A stretch of DNA of 64,000 nucleotides from Macrostomum lignano. Taxonomy: Eukaryota. Each line of letters starts with the position of its first letter. The first letter of the stretch is position 1. The translations under genes were made by a program, and so were the position numbers. This document shows, in pieces, positions 41,291-53,817 of the stretch. The stretch is from the NCBI GenBank assembly GCA_002269645.1, contig NIVC01001944.1, forward strand, positions 124,001-188,000, given 5' to 3'. The notes beneath the pieces were generated by a model. It ran no database searches. It had not been told where the DNA came from and worked only from the letters and a program-made list of their open reading frames with translations.

Positions 41291-41378
41291 AGAAAAAAGC
41301 AATCATCAAACCTTCATAAATTTCATCCTCAGACGCTCCCAATGCCCATCTTGCCAGCCTGAAGCTTCCTCGCTAACG

Positions 41379-42452
41379 ATGCCCGGAGCCCAGCTGCTGC
41401 TGCTGCTGCTGCTGACGGCTCCATCCAGCTTGCTGAGCCTGCAGGTGGCAGCCGCCCCTCCCCTCTGTCGCTTCCGTGTGGAGGAGGAACTTCCGCTAGG
41501 AGCCACCATCGAGAACTCCAGCTTGTACACCTGCCTAGGACTCGATCCTCTGCCCGATGACGAGCTGACGCTGACCGAGCCGACCAGGCCCGACAGAGGC
41601 TGGGAGAAACTCCGCCAGCTGCTCAGCGTGGACGCGGCCACGGGTCAACTGAAGGTCGCGGGGCGGCTGGACCGCGAGAGCCCCGAGCTGCACTGCCCGG
41701 CGCGCCAGCAGCCCTGCCTGAAGAATTTCCAGGCCCAGCTGCGCAACTTCCAGGCCAGGCGGATGCGCTCCGTGGAGCTGCAGCTGGCCATCGAGGACAA
41801 GAACGACAATGACCCGGCGTTCGGCACCGAAGGCAGAATCGTTGAGGTCAAGGAGAACTCCATGGGCCAGCGCCGGCCGCTGCCATCGGTGACGGACCCG
41901 GACGCTGGGGACAACGGCCGCGTCCAGGTGCACATCATCCAGAGCGGCCCGGAGCAGCGGGGCGAGCCGCAGGACCGCCTGGACCGAAGCGGCGGGCAGC
42001 TGGCGCTGCTGCTGCGGGACAGGCTGGACTTCGAGGTCACGCGGAACTACAGCCTCACACTGCAGGCCTGCGACCGCGGACTGCAGCCGCGGTGCACCAC
42101 GGCGGAGCTGCTAGTCCGCGTGCTGGATGAGAACGACAACGCGCCGAAGTTCGACAGGGCGGTGTACCGCTTCGAGGCGGTGCCGGAGGACCTGTACCAA
42201 CTGGGGCAGCGGCGCCTGGTCGGCAAGGTGGCCGCCACCGATGCGGACGACGGCGAGAACTCCAGAATCGTCTACGACATCATCGCGGAGCCGGGACAGT
42301 CGGCCGCAGCGTCGGCTTTCGAGGTTGACGCCGACTCTGGCAAAGTGTACCTGGTTGGCCCGGTCAATGCGGCAGCCGACGCGAACATCGAGCTGAGGAT
42401 TCGAGCGACCGACTGTGGGGAGGTGTCGCAGTGGGCCGAGACGCGAGTGCAG
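41379..42452 (+). CDS. PCDH: Delta-type protocadherin exon 1 (signal peptide, EC1-EC3)
   Basis: Signal peptide MPGAQLLLLLLLTAPSSLLSLQVAA. Cadherin motifs VEEE, DRE, DKNDNDPAF, DPDAGDNG, LDFE, DENDNAPKF, DADDGEN. EC1 Cys pair. Donor CAG|GTGGGT at 42453, phase 0. Confidence 0.93.
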
Positions 42453-42610
42453 GTGGGTTGCTCCTCTTGTCATGTCCTCTTGTCAGCTCCTCTTGTCAGC
42501 CCCTCTTGTCAGCTCCTTAGTTTCTTGTCAGCATATAACCTATACTCAGCTCATTAGCCGTCCGCTCTTACCTGAAAAGTCGCCGTGCCTACCCGCTCCC
42601 AACGCTCCAG

Positions 42611-42739
42611 ATTCCCATAATGGACGTGAACGATCACCGGCCGCAAGTGAAACTGCAGTTTCAAGCTCAGAGCCAGGGACTTGTGCGACCGATGCTCCCG
42701 GAAGGAACTCCGGCGCCGCACTTGGTCACCTATTTGGAG
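42611..42739 (+). CDS. PCDH: Protocadherin exon 2 (EC3/EC4 linker), absent from the ORF track
   Basis: ctccAG|...|GTCAGA, 129 nt, phase 0/0. Translates IPIMDVNDHRPQVKLQFQAQSQGLVRPMLPEGTPAPHLVTYLE, supplying the otherwise missing DxNDxxP and PE motifs. Confidence 0.9.
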
Positions 42740-42764
42740 GTCAGAATTTTTCGCCTGCTGAGGT

Positions 42765-43128
42765 TCAGGGTTGGTGAAGTTTCGGGTTGGTGAAGTTTCG
42801 GGTTGGTGAAGTTTCAGGTTGGTGAAGTTTCGGGTTGGTGAAGTTTCGGGTTGGTGAAGTTTCGGGTTGGTGAAGTTTCGGGTTGGTGAAGTTTCGGGTT
42901 GGTGAAGTTTCGGGTTGGTGAAGTTTCGGGTTGGTGAAGTTTCGGGTTGGTGAAGTTTCGGGTTGGTGAAGTTTCGGGTTGGTGAAGTTTCGGGTTGGTG
43001 AAGTTTCGGGTTGGTGAAGTTTCGGGTTGGTGAAGTTTCGGGTTGGTGAAGTTTCGGGTTGGTGAAGTTTCGGGTTGGTGAAGTTTCGGGTTGGTGAAGT
43101 TTCGGGTTGGTGAAGTTTCGGGTTGGTA
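42765..43128 (+). repeat. 16-bp intronic minisatellite GGGTTGGTGAAGTTTC
   Basis: About 22 near-perfect copies in protocadherin intron 2. Confidence 0.97.
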
Positions 43129-43185
43129 AAGCTTCGCGTTCGTCAAGCTTCATCAACTGAAAAGTTCCCGTCGCACTTTCTGCAG

Positions 43186-44124
43186 GTCAGCGATGGCGAC
43201 CTCGGCGACAACGGCCGCGTGACGTGCAGCCTGGGCGCCGGGCCGGGCAGCTCGCACTTCGCGCTTTTCCCCCTGCCGGGCTCGCCCAGCTTCTACCAGG
43301 TGAACGCCACCCGCGTGTTCGACCGCGAGCAGCAGGCCGCAGCCAGCTTCGAGGTCGTCTGCCGGGACCGCGGCCTGCCAACCTCCCTGAGCTCCAGCAC
43401 CACAGTCACGGTGGACATAGGCGACGTCAACGAGTGGCCGCCGGAATTCAACCAGAGCACTTTCACCGGCAACTCGGTGCCCGAGAACCAAGCCGGCGCT
43501 TTCGCCGCCCGAGTCTTCGCTGTCGATGCAGACGCCACGGCGAGCCTCGTCTACTCGATCAGCGACGAAGGCGACGCCAAGGGCTGCTTCGTCATGGACA
43601 ACCGGACCGGGGAGATTCGAACGAGGCGGCCGCTGGACCGGGAGAGCCCGGTCTTCCTGCCCCAACGGCGCCCGATCTTCGTGATCACCGTGCGCGCGTC
43701 CGACGGCCTGCAGGCCGCCACGGCGCGGGTCGAGATCGAGGTCACCGACGTCAACGACAACCCGCCGCTGCTGGTCGGCTCCGGCCTGCTGTACACCAAC
43801 GAGTCCTTTGCCGATTCGACCATCTGGGACAGGACGATCGACGATCTGGAGTACAGCGACGCGGACTCGAATGAGAACGCGATGGCGGAATTCAGCGTGT
43901 TGAGCACGGAGCCCGAATCGGACAACGTCACATTCGCGGTCAGCAGCTCCGGCAGGTTGTCGGTCAGTGGCCGGCTGGACCGGGAGGCCCGCAGCCGCTA
44001 CTTGCTGAAGGTTCTGTTACGGGACAGGGGCATGCCAAAGATGTCCTCGACTGCGACCGTCACAGTCAGCCTGATGGACCTCAACGATAATGCCCCTGTG
44101 GTGGAGGACCCGACCTTCCACCAG
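43186..44124 (+). CDS. PCDH: Protocadherin exon 3 (EC4-EC6)
   Basis: tgcAG acceptor. Motifs VSDGDLGDNG, FDREQ, DVNEWPPEF, VPEN, LDRES, DVNDNPP, LDREA, DLNDNAP. Donor CAG|GTGAGC at 44125. Confidence 0.94.
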
Positions 44125-44159
44125 GTGAGCGGTGACTGCGGAGAAACCAATTACATCTA

Positions 44160-44466
44160 TCCCGAATCCCCAATCCTGAATCTCGAATCCTGAATCCCGA
44201 ATCCTGAATCCCGAATTCTGAATCCCGAATCTACAACCCCCAGTCCCGAATCTACAATCCCCAGTCCCGAATCTACAATCCCCAGTCCCGAATCTACAAT
44301 CCCCAATCCCGAATCTACAATCCCCAATCCCGAATCTACAATCCCCAATCCCGAATCTACAATCCCCAGTCCCGAATCTCCAATCCCGAATCTACAACCC
44401 CCAATCCCGAATCTACAATCCCCAGTCCCGAATCTACAATCTCCAGTCCCGAATCTACAATCCCCC
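44160..44466 (+). repeat. 21-bp intronic minisatellite CCCGAATCTACAATCCCCA(G/A)T
   Basis: About 12 copies preceded by 7-bp GAATCCC/T units, in intron 3. Confidence 0.95.
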
Positions 44467-44482
44467 GATTTCCCGCCCTCAG

Positions 44483-45181
44483 GTGATCGAGGTCACGGAC
44501 GACCACGCCCCGGGCATGACCATATACAGCGTGCGGGCACACGACGCCGACGCCTGCCAGTTGGATGCCGCCGACGGGACGCCCCGACGCCTGACTGGCC
44601 GCGACTGCCACGCCGCCGCCGGCATGTCGATGCGGCTGAGCCAGCGCACGCGCATCCTGGAGGTGAACTCGGCCACCGGGGAGCTCCGGGTGGTGAACCC
44701 GCTGACGCCCGGCTTGCACGCTTTCAACCTAACGGTGACGGACCGCGGCAGCCCCCGCCCGCTGACAACGGTCGTTCCCTTCGCCGTGCGGGTCCGGCGC
44801 AGCGAGAGCCCCTTCGCTCTGGGCGGCGGTCTTGGCGGTGCCAGCAACTGGACGCTGCTGCTGGTGGTGGTGGTGGCCTCCAGCTTTCTCACCCTAGTCC
44901 TGGTGGTCGCCATCGTTCTGCTGAATCGACGGCAGCCCTGCGACTTCCGCGGCGGCGGCGACGGACGGAGGGGCCGTCGTAGACGTCGCGACGGGTACAG
45001 CGGGCCAAAGGACCAGCACTGCCCGGAAGCCGCGGCCGACGCTGCCACCGCGGCCACACCATCTGGCGTCGCGTTTCAAGGAGACCAGCGGCCGGACTGC
45101 ATCGGACCGCTGACGACCTTTGGGCATCACGGGATGCTGCACCCCCTGCAGCAGCATCACATGGGAACAATGTCTAGAGAG
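44483..45181 (+). CDS. PCDH: Protocadherin exon 4 (EC7, transmembrane helix, start of tail)
   Basis: ctcAG acceptor. Motifs DADA, TDRGSP; TM WTLLLVVVVASSFLTLVLVVAIVLL from 44849, followed by basic residues. Donor GAG|GTGAGC at 45182. Confidence 0.92.
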
Positions 45182-45224
45182 GTGAGCAGCGGTCTGCCCG
45201 TTGGATTTGTACAGGTTGGGCGTC

Positions 45225-45465
45225 GATCAGACATTAGACATCGATTAGACATCGATTACACATCGATTAGGCATCGATTAGACATCAATTAGACATCGAT
45301 TAGGCATCGATTAGGCATCGATTAGACATCAATTAGGCATCGATTAGGCAATCGATTAGGCATCGATTAAGCATTGATTAGGCATTAATTAGACATCGAT
45401 TAGGTATTGATTAGGCGTCAATTAGGCATCAATTGGGCAACGGTTTGATACCGATTAGGCATCAA
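45225..45465 (+). repeat. 11-bp intronic minisatellite CGATTAG(G/A)CAT
   Basis: About 20 copies. Confidence 0.93.
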
Positions 45466-46711
45466 TCAGCTTCGTGTAGCATTTTTAAGTGTTTTTGACT
45501 CATTCAGACTCTTTTTGTTTATTGAAATACAGTAAAAACCTCATTAATTTACTGGTCAACCTAAGTCAGTGAGTCAAAGGCCCAGATCAACCGTATCTAC
45601 ACTCGAGCGTACTCAAGGCATCCCTGTGGGGGGGCACGGTTGCTCAGAGCAGTCGCATTGCGGGTGCCAACTTCACGCCTCCAGCCGGCTTACAGGCACC
45701 GCACAGGCTCAGGAAAACCAAATGAAGAATTGATGAAGCCGCTGGGGGCAATATTGAATAATGCGACATGGGGTTGCAGCGACATCGGGGTCAGTGATTG
45801 AGCATACCAGAGTTCCACATTTCGCATGCTCACTGAGGCTGCGGAGCTCATTTCGCCTTTCAAGCAGTTTTATGGCTACGGTGGGGGATTTTCGCCCACT
45901 TGGCAACACAAACGCGCGGAATTATATTTGAATTTTTGCACCGGATGCTGGTCAGAAATCTACACGAGAGTCTGACCGTTATCAAGATTCTATATAATTT
46001 TAATACCAGGGAGATGCTGCAGAGAGCCGCACCATCAAGATCTGCTCTGGGACCATTGTGCTGCTCCTTTCCTGTCTTTCACTGCGGCGGACTTGAGCAC
46101 AAGAAAATGCTCAGTAACAATAACGCTTGCCCAGTCCGTTCTCCCCAAGCTGCCCCAATTCCGGTACCAAAGTTGTTAAAAATTCCCAGATCAGTCTGCA
46201 ATCGAGTTCCCTGGAGCGCGGCAGGGAGTTTGCAGTTTGGGTTGAGATCCCCAGTTAGGCTGTCGGGAGGGGCCGCAATATTTTATGCCAGAAAAGTCTT
46301 AAAAACTCGCCTCGCTCTCCCTGGCTTCCCGCAATAAGCCAGCCGGGGTACCTAGCGGGGGATTTGGGCTGGCCCAGCTCCCATCATCATCAAATTGAGC
46401 ATCCCATCGGCCCCATCACCCCAAAACTGTCAGGCGCTCCCACAGATCCCAGCCAGAGTGCAGATCCCAGCCTCCCCGCACAAATATCCCCATCTGATTG
46501 ATTGTTAGTCCTCAGCTCCGGCCCGGTTTTGGTTTCTGGGCAGTTGCTGGGGCAGATAAGGAGAACGCGGAGTTAGTGCAACGAAGACAGTCTCTCCGAG
46601 TAGGTCGGGCTGGAAGACAGTCCGTCTTATGAGGTCAGCGCGGCCGGCTCGTGACGGCAAGCAAATACAATAAACTCGATTTCAGGCTGGTTACCAAGCA
46701 CATAGAGGAGA

Positions 46712-46880
46712 CTGCTCAGATCTCAGTGCTCAGTGCTCAGATCTCAGTGCTCAGTGCTCAGTGCTCAGTGCCCAGTGCTCAGTGCTCAGATCTCAGTGCT
46801 CAGTGCTCAAATTTCAGTGCTCAGTGCTCAGATCTCAGTGCTCAGTGCTCAGATCTTAGTGCTCAGTGCTCAGATCTCAT
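46712..46880 (+). repeat. 7-bp repeat GCTCAGT with a 21-bp higher-order unit
   Basis: Tandem gctcagt interrupted by gatct. Confidence 0.92.
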
Positions 46881-49177
46881 CGTTCAATTCTCTGTGCTTC
46901 AGAGTTCAGTGCTTCATGTCAAACGTTCAGGGTACCTTTGCGGTGAGATGGATGGCGATGTAGCTAAACTTCTCTATCTTGACCTTCTACCCCCAGCCCC
47001 CGCTCCCAGGATTCTGAACCCAGAGGCAGTTCTGTCCAATCTGAATAAACTGAAAAGGCTGCCTGTCTTTTAGAATCCGATTTTTAAAAGACTTCCACAA
47101 GCTCCGCCTCATCAGCTGCTGCTCCTCCTCACTCTTGTCGTCTTCCACATTCCTCTCGCCCTTTGCTGTGGGCGAGACATTTATCCCCCTTCCTCACACC
47201 CAATCCAATTTATCCTCTTGCGCATCCAGGCTGCGCCCCGCCACCTCCCGCTGTGATTGATCGGCTGGCGGTACCACAGATGGCGGCGTCACGGGCCCCG
47301 AGAGCGGATCCTTGATCTCCGCTGACTCCCTGTTCAACCCTCAATTTTTTAACTTGCCTTGCGGCCGGCGCCTCCTCAGCTCCGCCCGTCAAGAGCCCAG
47401 CTGGTGGCTCTCTGGCTGGCGGCGCGCACCTTTCGAGAATTCTGAAACCGAGCCGGCTGCAGTTCGGGGGGGGCTCTTATCTTATCCGCAACCCTCCCCT
47501 TACGTTGGTAAGATCCTGCCACATGAGTCAGTCCAAATATATCCCACCGACGCAATGGGGATCTTGATCTTGCCACGGCAGGCTATGGAGGGTGGGAGAG
47601 GAGAATGGGGAAGGCTAGACTGGATCGGGTTTCAGGCCCTCCCAGCAGGCAGTTCAGTGGTGGGGATTTTTATCCCACCAACCCCACACAGACTTCAGCA
47701 GGCAATGGGCATCATCTCTCCGTCTAGCCAGGACTGACTGACAGGCAGACGTGTAGTGGGTGGGTGATGGAATAAAGGAATTACTAAATCCGCCTTCTTA
47801 GTGGGGGGGTGTGTGTGGGGCGATAATCCTATCCGCTGTCTGACAACTGGGAGATTAATAGCAGCTTGCTTTCTAGGAAAGCGTTAATGACTGCGCCTTC
47901 TACTGGATGCGGATCTGTACCAACAGCTATCGATACCTGCTTAGAGCAGGGTCGGCAAGATTTTTTACCTTACAGGCCAGATTCTTACAGAGAACCTGGC
48001 GCATGACCAGAGAAGGGGAGAGATGAGAGGGAATAAATGAGAATAGAGGAGAGGAGAGAAGAGATAATAGAGAAGAGAGCTGAGGAGAGATACAAACCTT
48101 GAACGGACCGGATTGCTATTGTGAAGTTTCAATTTTAAAAGGAGTTTGCCGACCCCTGACTCAAAAGCATGTAGAGCGAACTGCCAAGGGTTACTGACGC
48201 TGGGACTCCTTGGAGTCTGCCTGAGGCTGACTGCAGAGTAGCTTGAGGGAGGCACAGCAGCTCAGTGGTTGACGCGTCTGATGTTGTGCCAGTTTTAAAA
48301 TTATTTTGTCGTAAATAACGAATCACAACCCATGAGGGCCAGCCCCAGAGACACGGAGAGAGTGTCATGCCTGACGATCGGAAAGTCAGGGCCGCGCTGT
48401 GTACACCCTGTTTGAGCTGTGTGCATGAGAACCAAGCAGTGTGCCGATACTGGAATTCCAAGAGCCCCACTTTGAGCGATGCCCCATGCGGACGCGTCAC
48501 CGTTTAATTTTATTCCTCCGACAGGCCCCATTATTAGGCAATTTTAGTCCGACGAGCTGCTGCTCAAAGTGTAGCCGCCACGCGCGTGGCCTCAGCCAGA
48601 AAGCGGAGAAATTCCGGACCAGATGGGAGGCCAGATTAAGATATGCTTTAGAAATACTCACTCAGAGTCTGCGGCTACTCAAGCCAAACCCTCCCAGAGC
48701 TCCCACCGCCAGCCTCCCCAATCATCTTCCCATTTACTCCTCCCCCATTGAGCTGGCAGGCTTCCGTGCCCCAAAAATCAGATTGCAGACACACAATCTC
48801 TATAGCTTTAGGATGCTAAAGACGCAGATGAGAGGATGTGACTAACACAGGTAGGTGTGCATCTGCAGGAGAGGAGGTCACCGCAAGTGCTGCAGGGTCA
48901 GCCAAGCAGAATGTTGCTGCTGCTGCTGCTGGACTCAGACTAGAAGGAAGTCGGGTTTTTAGACTTCCTCTTAGCAGGTAGCGTAACACCGCGGCCTTCC
49001 ACCTATTAAGGAGGAGAAAACATGGGGAAGGGAAGAGAGATGCTATTAAAAAAGCCGCGACATGAATGTTTGACTTTGCTATAGGAGAGACAAGCCCACC
49101 GAATGAGAGCCAGGCTTAATGTTGGGCCTGTGCTGTTCTGCAGTAACAAAGCATACGCTTTATGAATATAGTTGCCA

Positions 49178-49625
49178 TGGATCTGGAAGGGGCGGATCTG
49201 CAAGGGGTGGATCTGCAAGGGGTGGATCTGCAAGGGGCGGATCTGCAAGGGGCGGATCTGGAAGGGGGCGGATCTGGAAGGGGGCGGATCTGGAAGGGGT
49301 GAATCTGGAAGGGGCGGATCTGGAAGGGGCGGATCTGGAAGGGGGCGGATCTGGAAGGGGTGAATCTGGAAGGGGCGGATCTGGAAGGGGCGGATCTTGA
49401 AGGGGCGGATCTGGAAGGGGCGGATCTGGAAGGGGCGGATCTGGAAGGGGCGGATCTTGAAGGGGCGGATCTGGAAGGGGCGGATCTGGAAGGGGCGGAT
49501 CTGGAAGGGGCGGATCTGGAAGGGGCGGATCTGGAAGGGGGCCGATCTGGAAGGGGCCGATCTGGAAGGGGCGGATATAGAAGGGGCGGATCTGGAAGGG
49601 GGCGGATCTAGGGTGGATCCAGGGA
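49178..49625 (+). repeat. 15/16-bp minisatellite GGATCTGGAAGGGGC
   Basis: About 28 copies in intron 4. Confidence 0.96.
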
Positions 49626-50048
49626 ATGAAGGATCCAGGGAACGCATAACCTGCAATACAACCCAGAAATTGCTCTTACGAGGATAGCACTAGAACTGCC
49701 CCCTCGAAGCTGAAATTGCTTTGAGCACAGGGCAGCAGCGGAAAAGCCTTCTAATTGGATTCTATTACTTAGCATAGGTGCTGAACATGCGGCATTTACC
49801 CGTGCGGATATTAGATTTTCGCAAATAGAGTTGCACTCGAAATTCGAATTTCCAGTTAATAAGAGCTGAAATGTATGCTGAAAAAAATAAGATAAAAATT
49901 GACGATGGAAGCGATTGAGTTCTTAAGCAGAAACTAAATACGTGTAAGCGTAAATAAAATAGAGGGTTTTATACTTATCTCTATTTCGCCTACTGTAAGT
50001 AAAGTGATGCAAATAGTTTGACTACATTTTTTCGTTAACATTTACCAG

Positions 50049-50199
50049 ACCGGGAACGGCGGCGGCAGCGGCTCGTCGGGCCTGCACTACCCACCGGGCG
50101 CGCCGCCCAATCTGTTTCTGCCTGGCGACTACGAGGTGGCCTCGGCCGACTCCGGCCACGGGGCCAGCGAAGAGGAAATGATGCACCCCGATCACAGAT
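50049..50199 (+). CDS. PCDH: Protocadherin exon 5 (CM1-like motif), absent from the ORF track
   Basis: tttaccAG acceptor and T|GTGAGT donor, phase 0/1. Encodes ...YEVASADSGHGASEEE..., resembling delta-protocadherin CM1 (DSGxxDSE/D). Confidence 0.85.
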
Positions 50200-50309
50200 G
50201 TGAGTGCGGGATGCGTTTGTGTGCCAATAATTTGGGACTCTTGTCACGTGACTTTGCATTGCAGCCACGCCTGTAAAACTGCCGAGCTTTCGAATGTACT
50301 GTGGCTTAC

Positions 50310-51300
50310 CCAGGGGCGGATTCAAAGGGGCGGATTCAAAGGGGCGGATTCAAAGGGGCGGATTCAAAGGGACGGATTCAAAGGGGCGGATTCAAAGGGG
50401 CGGATTCAAAGGGCGGATTCAAAGGGGCGGATTCAAAGGGCGGATTCAAAGGGGCGGATTCAAAGGGCGGATTCAAAGGGCGGATTCAAAAGGCGGATTC
50501 AAAGGGGCAGATTGAGAGAGAGTAGGATCAGAGGCGGATCCAGGGAGAGAAGGATCAGGGGCGGATCCATGGAGAGAAGGATCAGGGGCGGATCCAGAGA
50601 GAGGAGGATCAGGGGCGGATCCAGGGAGAGGAGGATCAGGAGCGGATCCAGAGAGAGGAGGATCAGGGGCGGATCCAGGGAGAGGAGGATCAGGGGCGGA
50701 TCCAGAGAGAGGAGGATCAGGGGCGGATCCAGAGAGAGGAGGATCAGGGGCGGATCCAGAGAGAGGAGGATCAGGGGCGGATCCATGGAGAGGAGGATCA
50801 GGGGCGGATCCAGAGAGAGGAGGATCAGGGGCGGATCCATGGAGAGAAGGATCAGGGGCGGATCCAGAGAGAGGAGGATCAGGGGCGGATCCAGGGAGAG
50901 GAGGATCAGGGACGGATCCAGGGAGAGGAGGATCAGGTGCGGATCCAGGGAGAGGAGGATCAGGGGCGGATCCAGAGAGAGGAGGATCAGGGGCGGATCC
51001 AGAGAGAGGAGGATCAGGGGCGGATCCAGAGAGAGGAGGATCAGGGGCGGATCCATGGAGAGGAGGATCAGGGGCGGATCCAGAGAGAGGAGGATCAGGG
51101 CGGATCCATGGAGAGAAGGATCAGGGCGGATCCAGAGAGAGGAGGATCAGGGGCGGATCCAGGGAGAGGAGGATCAGGGACGGATCCAGGGAGAGGAGGA
51201 TCAGGTGCGGATCCAGGGAGAGGAGGATCAGGGGCGGATCCAGGGAGAGGAGGATCAGGGGCGGATCCAGAGAGGGCGGATTCAGTGAGAGGGGCCGATC
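50310..51300 (+). repeat. 14/15-bp GGCGGATTCAAAGG(G) array followed by a 27-bp CAGGGGCGGATCCAGAGAGAGGAGGAT array
   Basis: Two abutting arrays in intron 5. Confidence 0.96.
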
Positions 51301-51425
51301 CTGTTCCAGAATGGGAAGTTTCTGGGCAACCCCTTCACTTTACACTCTATTCTCTGCACTAGTCTGCCAAATAAGCTATGAATCTCCATAAGCTTCATCA
51401 CTCACTTCTCCTCTCAATCGCCCAG

Positions 51426-51931
51426 TGGCCATGCCGGAGCACCTTCGCTATGTGACCCTGCCGCCGAGCGGAAGCTCGGGCTATTCGCACCAGCACCAGC
51501 TGCGCTCTCGGTCGCCGAATTTGCACCGCAACTGCAACTGCATCGTTGAGGAGGACTTCGTCATGAACGGCTCGGCCTCGTCGGCGACAACGGCTGGCGG
51601 TTGCGGTCGGGAGCACCACGAGCTCGTGCCCATGACCCTGACAAGTCAGCACAGGCAGCAGCAGCGCCATCGACAAGCGGCGTCCCCATCGCCGTCCAGT
51701 GGTTCGCAGTCGGCATTCAACCAGCCGGCTCTGATGCTCCTGAGCGAGCCTCAGTTCAGCTCAGCGCCTCTGCAGCAGCAGCAGCAGCAGCAGCACCGAA
51801 CCCTGTCAAGGCCATCCTCAGCTGCCAGCTCTCGGATACCTGGCGCAACAGCGCTGGCGCCGCAGCATCAGCAACATCAGCGAGCTCATGTTGGCAATCT
51901 GCAGTTGGCAACAAAATCTGCTGATGTTTGA
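51426..51931 (+). CDS. PCDH: Protocadherin exon 6 (disordered C-terminal tail)
   Basis: Pyrimidine-rich cgcccAG acceptor; T+TG=Leu, phase 1. Stop TGA at 51929-51931 and AATAAA at 52106. Total CDS 3498 nt = 1165 aa. Confidence 0.82.
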
Positions 51932-53817
51932 TTTCTCCTGACTTCAAGCAGCTTTTATTTTATTTAGAGCTAAAGTTTAATTCTGTATTAATAATTCCAA
52001 GCTTAGCGACAATGTAGTCAAATTCTGTTTGGCATAACCGTGATTTTTTGTTTTATTGCGCAAAAATTGTCTCATGCGTTAGTCGTTTTTCAGTGAGCCT
52101 TAAAAAATAAAGTAGTGTAAAGGAAGTTTCAAAGATCACCGGAGTTTTTAGGAGAGGTCATGAGTCATGACCCCCGTTGACCCCTTGCCTAGGCCCCCCT
52201 GATAGTCAGGTCAGTGGAATGCCACTGAGGATAGGAACCAGTGACTAATGATGAATCAAGGAGGCTTGCCCCTGTAGAGCTCTTCAGCGCCTTTGAACGT
52301 GATGTGTTAATTTGTTACACAAAGTGTAAGCCTTCAAACAGTCTTTGTTTCCTTAAACATAGCAAGTTTAATTAGTTTAAAATTTTGGATTAAATTATAC
52401 ACTTGTACTAAATTTATTTCTTTATGCCCCATGCGTGATGAGTCACACTGGTTATTAGCGCAGTGCAATTACAGTTGCTGCAATACGACCAAGAACTCAA
52501 GCCTTCAAATCCGACCTCAAGCGTCTTGTGGACAGTTTTGCCATTCGCTACTGTTCCTCTTCTCCGGCTCGATTCGAATTCTATTCATGTTTTTCTTACT
52601 CTTTCCCATACCATTATAAACCTGCGTTGTACATTAAAAATGTTCGCTAAGTGGGTAACTGTGAATGTGCTTAAATATTAGATTAACAATGATCAAAGCA
52701 ATAATTTTCAATTCGTATTCGCAGTACCTTGCATACCAATTGCTGTTGTAAATATGTCTGTCAGTCCTGCCTATTGCATAAAATGATTCGCGTTGAGAAT
52801 TTCTGACCTGCTACCACGATATTCGAATTGGCAATTTGCCATGTACAAGCGCATAGTTATGCAGATTATATTAAACCACCGCAATTAAACTTGCTATTGT
52901 GATAGAGCTGCAGACTGTAGAGTTTGGCTGCGAATGGCAATTCGGAATTCAAGTTTAGTAATTAGTTGCTTTTGCTTGCTTAAAGAAGTGACAAAATGAA
53001 TAAAAAAACGAGCTAGCATTCATTTTAAAAGTTTGCTTTCTGGTTCTGGTATCCAATTTGCTCCTACGAAGTCACCTATGCTATGCCATACGGATTCAAA
53101 ACCAGGGGACAATGGATAGGCAGGTACTGCTATTTTTAAGCCTTTGACGCTATGATGCACAAAAGCTGAGAATCGATCAATTGAGTGAGTATACGTACGA
53201 TACGATTGCTAATAAAATAACTTGCCCGGTGGCCCACAAACAGCGTGTACAACGCTGCAACTTGCATTGCACGCAAGCAAACGTACATTATTAGTCCATT
53301 TCTGAATGTTAATACACGTATATATATGCACAGTCAGAATATACTTTCACTAACCACTTTAATCATCGTGGAATTTTCCTAATTTTATATAAAGCAAGCC
53401 TCAAGTAGATCAATAACAGAATAGTAAAGGGCAAATTTTAATTTAAATTTAATCGGATTTTTGACAAATTTGTTGGCCCTAAGCGTCGTTGAAGGGCGCA
53501 CGATGCGATAAAAACGAACGAGCCATAAAAACAACGAAAACACCCTAAGCCAGCCCCCATCCCCCTTTCACCCTCTACCCCGTACAGAGTTTGGCGCACT
53601 CTCAGCCCAGCCTCAAACCCCTCCTCGCGGCTGAGCCAATAAATAGCAAGGGCTTGAAAATCGATCGATAAAACTCCGTCCAAGGAAAGGAAAACAAACG
53701 TGCAGGTCGTTTTTGTGGTTGGTTTCGGATTTAAGCCAAGAGGTTTCTCTAAGGTTCAGTCTGTCTGGCGTTGCCTGTGCTGTGATTCTGAGCTGGGACC
53801 GTTCAAGCTGCTAGATA

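Noticed and set aside
41223-41378. N-terminal extension of the protocadherin ORF from ATG 41223
   Set aside because: Lies in an AT-rich 36-bp repeat upstream of an acceptor-like AG; the signal peptide starts at 41379.
49360-49611. (GADLE)n ORF matching the pentapeptide-repeat consensus
   Set aside because: Intronic 15-bp minisatellite with 16-bp frameshifting units on either side and no true ATG; the match is coincidental.
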